Source: Mytilus edulis (taxonomy: Eukaryota). From it: DNA of 64,000 bases. Made by a program: the position numbers and the translations under genes. A model generated the notes under the pieces. The model was not told the origin of the DNA. It saw only the letters and a program-made list of their open reading frames with translations, and did no database searches. Positions 37,911 through 49,208 of this stretch are shown piece by piece. Position 1 is the first letter of the stretch. Every line of letters starts with the position of its first letter. Location: NCBI RefSeq assembly GCF_963676685.1, contig NC_092345.1, positions 30,070,001 to 30,134,000 on the forward strand, written 5' to 3'.

Positions 37911-39916
37911 TCATATGATACCCTTATTTGCCCTCAAATCACAATGAAGACTGTCTCCCTCATCAAAGAACCATCCGCCCATTTTCTTGCATACTACCCA
38001 GAATTCACTTATTCGGAGCATATCCTTTTTCAGATCAACTGCATCTCCTGCATAATGTGGTGAATTACAATCGTGACAACCACCAACAAAATCATTTGCC
38101 TAAAATGTACGTATTATCTGTAAAGGCAATAATTAGTCAAAAACATGGCATTCTATTGCGGTACCCTTCTATTGGCATTAATACTTTAATTTGATGTTGC
38201 GGCTTTAAACACATTATTCCTTTAACAGTTATTTTTTAAATGTTCAATTAGGAGATAACTGTACTGTATTTTAAGCTCCGACGGCATCAATTAGGGATTT
38301 GATGGTCGCAAATTAAGTTTACTGGCGACGCGTTAGCGGAGACAGTAAACGGGTATTTGCGACCATCAAATCCCCAATTGATGCCGTCGGAGCTTAACGT
38401 ACAATATCGTTATCTCCATTCTAATGAAACCGACAGAAAATAACGTTAAAACATGATTTTAAAATCTGTCATATGCCGTCTGCGCTTGCGCGTACGTCCC
38501 ATAGCACCAATTGTCAATTGATGCCATGTAAATAAGTGACGTTATCCAATCAAAATGAACGTTACAAATGTTGTTGCATTAGAAAGTGTAATGACGGTAT
38601 CAGATTTTTCGGAGTGATTGACTTCCAAACAGCACAGTTCAATATTCGTGATTTTTTTTATTTTTGGAAAATATATCTAGATTGCTGCAAATATTGCACA
38701 ATAAAGAAATTTCCGATGTAAAATAGCAAGAATATTTCAAAGTTGCTATAGATTACAAAACCAAAATCAAAAACATAAAGCATAAAAAGGAAAGTCCAAA
38801 TAGCATAAGAAGCAACTGTATAATAATTAGCAAAAATGATTCATTTAACTTCAGTAACTTATAGATTGATTGTGTAAATCAAAACTAAATGGCTGACAAT
38901 AACCAATTGTTTATACGATGCTCGTTAGAAGATAAACTTCCCACGAAAAGAGTCCAAAAAAGGTTTACATGACCTTTGTTTTATATATAACATTGTACAG
39001 TGTATATTTCTACAATCAAGATTTCTTCTTTAATGCACGAGACCTAAATATTTGAAACTTCACACTTGTCACATTTATAGCTTCAATGAACGAGCGAAGT
39101 TCAACAATGACAAAGCCATGCATTAACCGCAAATAATTAATAATACGTACTAACAAAACAAAAAAAATGAATATTTCATCAGAATAAAAAAAAACCTGAA
39201 AATCGAATCGTCGTCCCTTTGCATTAATTAAGAATAAAATTATGTATATATACCATAACACTCATCAATAAAAAGCTCAATTTTCAGAGGGTACCCTCCT
39301 GATATCCAAGTTGTTCGTTTAATTCTATGTTCTGCATTGTTCATTTTTTAAGAGGAAGAACCCTAAAGACATTATTAATGGTATTTTTCAGTGAGAGACC
39401 ACGAATAAATGAAAAAATAAAAGTGAACGGTTTACCGGGTTTGAAATAAAATGAGCAACACGACAGGTGCCACGTGTGGAGCAGGATCTGCTTACCCTTT
39501 CGGAGCACCTGAGATCACCCACATTTTTTTTGGTAGGGTTCGTGTTGCTTAGTCTAGTCTTAGTTTTCTATGTTGTGTCTTGTGTATCATTATTTGTCTG
39601 GTTGTCTTTTTATTTTTTAGCCATGGCGTTGTCAGTCTATTTTCGTATCTTTAGCCCCCCTTTTGTGAAACTTGACCTTGGTCGAAGCTTCGTACAAAAA
39701 AGTTTGTTGGCACTACACACCACGTGGTCATTGACTGCATTGCTGTTGCCTTTTCTGTATGGTTGTCTGCGTGCTGTTGTGCTAATGTTATTCTTGGATC
39801 TACGATAAATTGGCATGCCATTGCATAAGACAAAGGATTGAAGCAATTTCCCAGTGCCTTGGCTGAAATAAGCATATAGAAGAACTCCACTTCAAAACAA
39901 ACAAGATTTTTTTTAT
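37911..39916 (-). pseudogene. Gene or pseudogene for a small Cys-containing zinc DD-peptidase/M15-like (LAS) protein
   Basis: Terminal exon 37911-38099 after 'ttttag': ANDFVGGCHDCNSPHYAGDAVDLKKD..CKKMGGWFFDEGDSLHCDLRANKGII* (H-x6-D and xxH motifs). Upstream exon ~39677-39916: ..ACQFIVDPRITLAQQHADNHTEKATAMQSMTTWC..VRS. Candidate ATG|GTAAGT exon at 42138-42140; joining it needs a frameshift and the middle exon is uncertain. Confidence 0.6.
38251..38584. mobile_element. Double-hairpin non-autonomous element
   Basis: ~80-bp inverted arms at 38251-38417, followed by a second IR pair ttctaatg (38419) / cattagaa (38577-38584). Confidence 0.7.
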
Positions 39917-40246
39917 CTGTGAAATGTTTGCAAATGTGTCGAAAATGATTCTCTCTGCAAATGATAGAATAGGTAGAAACATAAACTAATTAATTGCAAG
40001 TAATATATACATATATATGTTTAGCCATTCAATATAAAAAAAATAAAAAGATCTGATCTGACTTTTATTGTTGACAACTTTCCATTTGAGACCAGGTGCG
40101 TGTTTTTTTTTTTGTTCTTCGGTAGTGAGCAAGGTGGGGTCCATTTCTGGTTGGTTTTTTATTTTGCACTGGGAGGATCTACCTCTTCTTTTTAAAAATG
40201 TGATTTATACGCAGGGGCACATCACAAACATGGCGTCGTTTAGTAT

Positions 40247-41395
40247 TGCAGCCTCAGAACATTCCTGTAGGGAAGATAAAGACTCAGAACATTCCTGTAG
40301 GGAAGACAAAGCCTCAGAACATTCCTGTAGGGACGACAAAGCCTCAGAACATTCCTGTAGAGAAGACAAAGCATAAGAACATTCCTGTAGGGAAGACAAA
40401 GCCTCAGAACATTCCTGTAGGGAAGACAAAGCCTCAGAACATTCCCGTAGGGAAGACAAAGCCTCAGAACATTCCTGTAGGGAAGACAAAGCCTAAGAAC
40501 ATTCATGTAGGGAAGACAAAGCCTCAGTACATTCCTGTAGGGAAGACAAAGCCTCAGAACATTCCCGTAGGGAAGACAAAGCCTCAGAACATTCCTGTAG
40601 GGAACACAAAGCCTCAGAACATTCCTGTAGGGAAGACAAAGCCTCCGAACATTCCTGTAGGGAACACAAAGCCTCAGAACATTCCTGTAGGGAAGATAAA
40701 GCCTAACAACATTCCTGTAGGGAACACAAAGACTCAGAACATTCCTGTAGGGAAGATAAAGACTCAGAACATTCCTGTAGGGAAGACAAAGCCTCAGAAC
40801 ATTCCTGTAGGGACGACAAAGTCTCAGAACATTCCTGTAGGGAAGACAAAGCATAAGAACATTCCTGTAGGGAAGACAAAGCCTCAGAACATTCCTGTAG
40901 GGAACACAAAGCCTCAGAACATTCCTGTAGGGAAGATAAAGCCTAAGAACATTCCTGTAGGGAACACAAAGACTCAGAACATTCCTGTAGGGAAGATAAA
41001 GACTCAGAACATTCCTGTAGGGAAGACAAAGCCTCAGAACATTCCTGTAGGGACGACAAAGTCTCAGAACATTCCTGTAGGGAAGACAAAGCATAAGAAC
41101 ATTCCTGTAGGGAAGACAAAGCCTCAGAACATTCCTGTAGGGAAGACAAAGCCTCAGAACATTCCCGTAGGGAAGACAAAGCCTCAGAACATTCCTGTAA
41201 GGAACACAAAGCCTCAGAACATTCCTGTAGGGAACACAAAGCCTTAGAACATTCCTGTAGAGAAGACAAAGCCTCAGGATATTCCTGTAGGGAACACAAA
41301 GCCTCAGAACATTCCTGTATGGAACACAAAGCCTCAGAACATTCCTGTAGGGAAGATAAAGCCTTAGACAGAACATTCCTGTAGGGAAGATAAGC
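40247..41395. repeat. 30-bp minisatellite, ~38 units (gcctcagaacattcctgtagggaagacaaa)
   Basis: Directly visible. The variant block 'ggacgacaaa..gcataagaac' at 40331, 40811 and 41051 indicates 240-bp higher-order duplication. Confidence 0.97.
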
Positions 41396-42261
41396 TTGAT
41401 AAATATGGACAACAACAGTTAGGGAACGACTATTTGTTATTATGGTCAAGGGGAGGGAGCATGCTGGATGTTTTGCGGATTTATTATTAATTTTAATATG
41501 TCCTTAAGCATGCCTATTTTCAGCTCTTACCTGGCCAACCATGATATTCCTATTCAAAATCCTCTATCCCGTCCCAATCAAAAATAATATCAAATGGTTT
41601 TCTCCTGATTTAACACAAATTAAAATTGATTGATTGTTTGACGCTTATTTTCAACGTCCAGTGACAAATAGTTCATGCATTTTCAGGAAAACCTCGAATC
41701 TTACAGTAAGGTATATAATATAGAAATAAGGAAATGTGGTATGAGTGCCAATGCGACAACTATCCATTGGAGTTCAAATGAAGACGATATAATGAATTAT
41801 AGGCAACCGTATGACCTTCAACAATGATAAAAATCCATACCATATAGTCGGCTATTAAAGGACCTAACATGAAAAAAGGGAAACGATTCAATCCGAAAAA
41901 ATAACGGCAGTATGATATATAACAAAAACAATTAACAAATATCGAATATGAGTCAACACGCATGAACCAGTTTTAACTACAACCACTGAACTACAGGCAC
42001 CTGACTTAGGACATGCACATTAAGAATGTGTTTGTGATCGCTCAACTCTCCCTATTAAACTAGAGATATAGACAATAAACTCACAAAAATACTGATAAAA
42101 TAATAGCCAAATAAATAAGGACGAACACATTACTTACCATTTTGAAATATAATTTGAAATGTATAAAATTCTTCGAGAAAATTGACATTTTTTTACAATA
42201 TTTCAAACATTTCATTCAAGCAGTGTAATCTTATAAATATACGAAATGGAAACCATGTAAA

Positions 42262-43290
42262 TGTTTCGGACCATATGAGTATTTGGACCATACGCGTATG
42301 GTCATGACCATATGCGTATACTCATATGGTCCGACCATACGCGTATGGTCCGACCGTACGCGTATGGTCGGACCATATGAGTATAATACTCGTTTGGTTA
42401 TTAACGGGCCGGACCATATGAGTATTTGGACCATATAGGTATATTTATTTTTCCAAATTACATTATAAACGTTTCAATAATACAAGAACTTTATCTAAAA
42501 AAAAAACAGTGATGGTTTAAAACATGACAATTTTTTAATTTTATAATAAAAAAAACTACGTAAAAATTTAATATTGATGTCATAGTTAGTTTTCATCGCT
42601 AGTTACATTAGTGCATGTAGGCTTGGATGACATTCACTTCCACACGGTATCATAGCTTTTTTGCATTTGCAAGTTTTGTGCACGATCTTTTTCATTTACA
42701 CATTTTGTTTGCGAGTGAAAAACAATCCTTTTTTGCAGCTGCGTACAGTGATACCGAGGTCTTTGGCAATTCTGATGTCTACAGTGTTTTTAAGAAGCTC
42801 TAGATCTCAAATATCGTAAAATGGTTGACTGCAATACACCATCTTCACAACACAACTTAAATAAACTAATAGTATGCTACTTTCCAGTGACTTCTTATGT
42901 AACAGTTCATTAAGAAATTTTTGGAATTTAATTTTTTAGTCGACATATTGCCATTTACTCGTAATAACAAATCGGTTATGACCATCGGTAATGACCATCG
43001 GTATAAAATGTGTTTACTTTAAATTTGACAATTAAGTAAAATTAACAATGTGAAACTTCTTATTTTTATTTAGCTTATCTTTTTATTATAATATAACGAT
43101 AAAATTACCTATATGATAGCGTCTTTTGAATGAACGGTCATACCATATGAAGAGTTTAGAAGTATTAAAAGTAAACTGTAACAGAGTGTTAATTACCCCG
43201 ACCATACGCGTATGGTCGGACCATATGAGTATATACCCATATGGTCATGACCATACGCGTATGGTCCAAATACTCATATGGTCCGGAACA
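42262..43290. mobile_element. Non-autonomous DNA transposon with ~90-bp TIRs, TGT..ACA ends and a 4-bp TSD (Ginger-like)
   Basis: TIRs tgtttcggaccatatgagtatttggaccatacgcgtatggtc.. / ..gaccatacgcgtatggtccaaatactcatatggtccggaaca; 'taaa' at 42258-42261 and 43291-43294. Confidence 0.85.
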
Positions 43291-45649
43291 TAAACAATCA
43301 TATTAGTACACGGTAATACAGACATAATTTGTAAACAGATCTATAATAATACATACACGTTAATTTGGTTCAGACATTTTTGTTTATTCGGAAAAAAACA
43401 GTTATCAACAAAAAAAATAGAATATATACAATGTTGATTAGGTTTTCACAAGTTGGTAAAAGGACTTTTCTTTATCTGTGACAAATTTTTCCTTTTTTCG
43501 TTAATAATTTTAATAATCGCATTAAAAAAATGGTAAATATTAGCATGAAAATGGTAAAAAATGAAAATTAAATGCGAAGGCATATATTAAAGGACTACCT
43601 GACTCACTTTCCCTCTTTAAAAATAAAACGGATCCACATCGGTCTATTATTCTAATAATCACGAAGTATGTTCGTTACTCTCCCCTGACGTTAACTGTAA
43701 CTTGAAGCACCATGGCTTTTTATGCGCTGTGTCCAGACTCTCAAAAGGAGGTAAAACATATAATTAATGACGTAACAAAATATAATTTACAAAAAAATAT
43801 CACATACACACACTCACACCATAACATTCATTACAAAAAAAAAAAATCTTATAAAACCATTGATGATCATTGATTTGCGTGTCGATCCTGTAGCAAATAA
43901 GAAACAAGGGAATAATTAAATATGTCTCTCAAGATCATATGCTCAAAATTCAAGAGTAGATATTTTTATATACAAAATGAGGAAAAATATTAGTCGAGGA
44001 ATTTGTTAAAACCAGAAATATGTCATCGTTATGGCTTCGGTTTGTTTGAATAATGAAACAATCAACTTTAGGCGTGTTTGGTTCATAAAATTATTAAGGA
44101 TTATGTACACTTGTGTTGCTTCAATGCTAAACATATGGAAATTTTATATTCTCATATTTGGCAAATCGGTGCTTGAAAGATAGAGGACAATTACATGCAG
44201 TGCTAGCAATGATTTCCTTAAAACAAGTTTATTTTCGATATTGGTCAAAATAAATATAAATATGGACCAATTCAAGTACACCTTTTTGGGTTCGCTCGAC
44301 TTTAGCTACTCAACACGAGGTATTTTGGAATTTAAAGGTTCTTAAGGACTTTTTGTAAACAATAAACGCTAGCTGATCATAGAAAAACAAGTGAGTAAAC
44401 TATGTTTCAAATTTTATAACAAAAATCTCTGTATTAAAGTCTGTGGACATGCTAAAAATTCTTGATTTTATTTTCACCAAATTCCCTTTTTCTATTAAAC
44501 GCAATGAAACTATAAATAATTATGCTTTGCACGAAGTTTCCCCTTGGTATCATACGTACAAAATGGCCTATCTCTATTATTCATTATCTTTGCTGTTTTG
44601 ATAGTATTGCTTGCAGTTTGAAAAGTTCATAATTCACAGGCCTCATAAACCTTAACTTAAGGTGTGTTTGAATATTAAGATACATGTGCCATAAACATTC
44701 AAGACTTCTTGTGAAGAAGATATCCGTTTAATAAAGCTTGCTAATGTTACATAATATATAAAATTATAAGTGTGATAAGGGCCTAAAATGGTTTAATCTG
44801 AGAAAAGTACTATTTAATTGATACAGTTGGTTTCATCAAACAATAAAAACAGAAGCATTTTAGTTTCTCTTTAAGAAAAAAAGTGTATGTAAAAAAAAAA
44901 TAACATAAGGTAAATTAAATAGTGTTGTTTATTATGATTAAAAGACGATTTTTTAAACCTTTAAATGAAAATTACCAAACTTGGCCTTCGTTCTCAATAG
45001 CAAGTATCCAAAGCAACATTATTAAAATCTGTACGTTTTTCATCGGTTTTCCTATGTTTATAATAAATAGGATTTTTTTATGCAGTGTATTTTACAGAAC
45101 TTAATTAGACAAGCTTTTTTTTTGAAATCATAAGAAAAACTTACTGTATACTTTGACTTTTCTGTATTTTATTGATAAACAGACTTAATAAGTTGGTGGT
45201 CGAAACGTTATTATATTCCTTGAATAATTACGTTAGGTTTGTCATTTAAAAAGTCTGATCAACTTCCGGTTAATATGAAGCGAGTCACTCAGTACTCTTA
45301 GTACATTATCTCACTAATGTGACGATTTTCCAAGCAAATGAAAAAGGTTCGTCTAATACACAAAATATTCATCAGTAAACATCTATATATCTTCACAGTG
45401 AAATATGACACATGCTAGTTAAGCTCGTACAAATAAATCATCGTCTTACAACAATCGTTTAACAACAAACATCTATCCACACAAATATTAGGTTTAACAA
45501 GACAGTGTTGTTTGAAGTAGTTTGGGTTTTTTTGGTTTTTTTTTCACTTTGTTCAGTCTAAGTGGCCGAATGTATGACAATCGGACAATCCGACATGCAA
45601 TCATGAGCGATTTTAACAGTAATGTATATCAACTTTTTTTAATTTATAG

Positions 45650-46471
45650 ATGCCTCCAGTTGTGAAACTTAATGTAGGAGGTAGATATTTTGAAACGAGG
45701 CTTGAAACATTAAGGAAATATCCGGAATCAATGCTAGGAGCTATGTTTAGCGGCCGATATAAATTAGATTTGACCAATGATGGACGGTATTTCATCGACA
45801 GAAACGGTGATTACTTTGAACATATTTTAGAATTTCTCAGAGACAGCTCTTACAAACCACCTAAGGACTTTCTTTCCGCAGTTTTCCGTGAAGCTGACTA
45901 TTTTGCCCTTGTTGCACTACGCGATAAAATGATGATGACACCACCAATATATCCATTTTGCGGTGACAGACCAGAACCAGTTCCAAATTACATGGAAATT
46001 AAAGAAAATATAATGAAAGAATCACGTGATTTCGTTAAAGCTACAGCACGTGGACAAACAATTGTATATTTACTTGCGCTTCAGGAAGAAGAAGAGCCAA
46101 CGCCTGAGTATGTGTACTGCAGTGAAAAAGACCACCTGTTAAAAATCATTGTACCTATTGATAATCCAACTATGGTTTTTTCACACCAATCAAATGGAAT
46201 TATTAAAAGTATCGTAGATGACCAGGAAATTGAGGGTATCGAAGATGTTCCACCTATACTTACATTTAAAGCTGACAGCAAAGACCACGCTCTGTCGGTT
46301 TCCAATTGCTTATTCTATGATTTAAAGAAACATGCATTTGACATCAAAATGGAAAATGAAAACTGTACTTCACAAGGTGTTTTCTATGACTTCGGTTTTA
46401 AAACAAAAGAATATGGAGAATTTGGATGTAATCCATGTTATCATCATAGTAAATTCACGTTCCTCTGGTAA
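45650..46471 (+). CDS. BTB/POZ (T1-type) KCTD-family protein, single coding exon, 273 aa
   Basis: VVKLNVGGRYFETRLETLRKYPESMLGAMFSGR..YFIDRNGDYFEHILEFLRD..VFREADYF; acceptor 'tttatag' immediately before the ATG. Confidence 0.92.
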   Translation: MPPVVKLNVGGRYFETRLETLRKYPESMLGAMFSGRYKLDLTNDGRYFIDRNGDYFEHILEFLRDSSYKPPKDFLSAVFREADYFALVALRDKMMMTPPIYPFCGDRPEPVPNYMEIKENIMKESRDFVKATARGQTIVYLLALQEEEEPTPEYVYCSEKDHLLKIIVPIDNPTMVFSHQSNGIIKSIVDDQEIEGIEDVPPILTFKADSKDHALSVSNCLFYDLKKHAFDIKMENENCTSQGVFYDFGFKTKEYGEFGCNPCYHHSKFTFLW

Positions 46472-47269
46472 CTAGAATATTGCTGATGTAATTGTGATTA
46501 GTCAATCAGAAATGTTGTGTTTGGCCAAATGCACGCGATTTTACATAAACCAAGTCGATATGTTAGATAATAGCGGCTGAACAATCAGTTTTAAATAAAA
46601 TAATGCTATCTGCTACTTTGAATATAAACATTTTCAGAACAAAGATTGTTTTAATAAATGTATATTCCTGTGACTTTTTCTGATTTGTAAATAAGCATTG
46701 TAATGGTCAGTCTTGGCAATCACTTATAGTATAATCCGATTTATACTGCATATGACAATTACTAAAGTTAAATGTTAATGTATACTGACGGACGTTAAAA
46801 ACACATTCCTGAAGAATATTCTTTATTCCCATTTAAAAAAAAGGCATTTTTTGTAAACATAAATCTTATCTATTTTTTAATTGTAAATCTATTTTTTAAT
46901 TGTAAAAATAGTTTCAATGTTGACATTTTTTTTTCATTCTCTAAAAAAGCTAAACACGTCAAGTGCACGCGAAACCCATCTCCAACTAAGGGGCTACATT
47001 GGAGGTCACATGAATAGGTCGAATTATTCACTTGCAAGTGAATAATTTAATAATTCGTTAGCAATGTTTCTTAGCTTATTTTGTCAAAAGCGAACCTAAC
47101 TGGTTGCTAAAAGCGAATATTTTAATTACCTTTTCACTTTCATATAATGATTCAATTTTAACCAAAAAAAATATATTTCATTTTGTTAATATCTCGTAAC
47201 TAATGCCTCTTTAACTAGCGAGCTAGCTAGACTGCAGTTATATCTTATCTCACTAACTTGTAGAATCAA

Positions 47270-47712
47270 TAGAATGAAATTCAAAACAGTGTGGCTGTAG
47301 CCATTGATTGACACATTAAATTCATTGACTGGGACAATTTACGTGAACGTTTGTCTGTAACGACCACTGTTCACGACGTACCTACGATAGACATTTAAAC
47401 TGTGGGGTCACCAAAGGTTTCTTAACGCCTTTATTCATAAAATAATTCGAAAAATTAATCAGGAATAACCTTTATGTTTTGATTTATATAATTGATATAA
47501 ATCAAAACATCGTGTTATTTCTGATTAATTTTTCGAATTACTTTATTAAGGTGTTGAGAACCTTTGGTGACCCCATAGTTTAAGTGTCTTTAAAAAGTAC
47601 ATAGTGAACAGTGGTCGTTACATACAAACGTTCACCTAAATTGTCCCAGTCAATGGATGAATTTAATGTGTCAATCAACGGCCACAGCCACACTGTTTTG
47701 AATTTCATTCTA
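47270..47712. mobile_element. Long imperfect palindromic MITE, copy 2
   Basis: Same family as 16281-16696 with a longer centre; degenerate half copy at ~61640-61787. Confidence 0.9.
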
Positions 47713-48026
47713 TGTGTATACACTCTTCAAGGCCAGACACTCATTATTGGTTGTAGCTTTCCAGTTATAAATACGTTTCCATGGGTGATGTCATGTAGAT
47801 CGTCTGTATCAATTTGGGCTATAGTCTCACTATTGGTTGATCCTCGCACAAATGGAATTTTTTTTTCATCCAAAAGCACCATCGTCGAGGTGTGATCTCT
47901 CTTGATTTGGAAATGAAATGTCGGATATTAGTTTTTTTGGCTTTGGTGATGACTAGTCAGCTGACAAATGATGGAGATTGTTTATTGTGACCTTGACTTA
48001 TCAGCGAATCCACTGAGGTGTTCTTA

Positions 48027-48932
48027 AATGACAAGGAGCATTCTCACGTAACGTTTGGTGATTTATTAGACATGTACCATAAAATAAGGCATTACATTGG
48101 ATCACTCAAAGTTTGGTAAATGTTTGACAATTGGTTTAAAAGATACCATCTAGAAACAAAATTGCGGTCCTTATTTCTGTGTCTATATACTGCTACTGTG
48201 ACCTTGACCAGTGATATTGAAATTAAATATAAAGGCAACAGTAGTATACCGCTGTTCAAAACTCATAAATCCAGGGACAAAAAACAAAATCGAGGTAACA
48301 AACTAAAACCGAGGGAAACGCATTTTAAATATAAGAGGAGAACAACGACATAACACCGAAACGTAACACACACAGAAACGGATAAGAGAGGTTGTGTCCA
48401 TCCCATAGGATATTATCCCACCAAGTTATTTTTCATTAGTAATACAAATGTTTCTTAAACAAAAATGTTGTCCTAGTTTCATTAGTTTATCGAACACTGC
48501 TCACAGAAATCTTCATCTTGAACTTAATTATCACAGCAAGTGATGTAAATATAAGACCTTGACCTATTGAAAATAAAATCACTAATTATGTCCCTAATTT
48601 CATATGCAGGATTTTATCAAACAAACATTGTTAAAAATATTAATAAGCATAGGATCAAAACATAACATCCAAAACCAAACTGTTGTCCAAATTTCAGTAC
48701 ATCAATATCTGCTGTGACAATGACCTTTGACCTAATGTCCCCAAATTCAACAAACAAAAATTCTTCATCCTTTGGGGCATTATTGAAACCTAGTTGGGTA
48801 AAGATTTTATTTATGACTCTAAAGATTTTGTTCTCAAACAAATATATTGACCTTAGGACAGCCGGATGCTCGGATATGCGGACGGAATTCCTCCTATAGT
48901 CGAGTTTTTCTTCGTCGAAACTCGACTGAAAT
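48027..48932 (+). mobile_element. Probable HINE/Helentron-like element with 'tgaccttgacc' internal repeats and a terminal palindrome
   Basis: Repeated tgacctt(t)gacc motifs; terminal hairpin agtcgagttt..aaactcgact (48898-48927) preceded by 'cggacgga'; another repeat nested at 48228-48380. Confidence 0.45.
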
Positions 48933-49208
48933 GAAACGTTTGTATAACAAAAAGTTCAAATAAACGTTTTAATATACATGTAAAACAACAACAACAAATA
49001 TAAATCTTTATAACATTGAACACATAGTACGTACCGTAATATTAAACAAAGGAATACCTTTCCTTGACAGAAACATGATTTATATGAACATTGTACAAAT
49101 ATTAATAAACAAGCAAATTCAATATATGTTTATTACAAAAAATAGCTTTTGTTTGAGCAGTTAAAATAAACGAGTTTACCGATAATATAACTAGACTAGC
49201 CAATTTCT

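Noticed and set aside
39830-39870. 'NCFNPLSYAM' resembling a GPCR TM7 NPxxY motif
   Set aside because: No other TM exons nearby; the context fits the M15-like gene better.
40240-41449. 333-aa and 391-aa repetitive ORFs, or a CRISPR-like array
   Set aside because: By-product of a 30-bp unit lacking stops in some frames; there are no unique spacers and no cas genes, and the DNA is eukaryotic.
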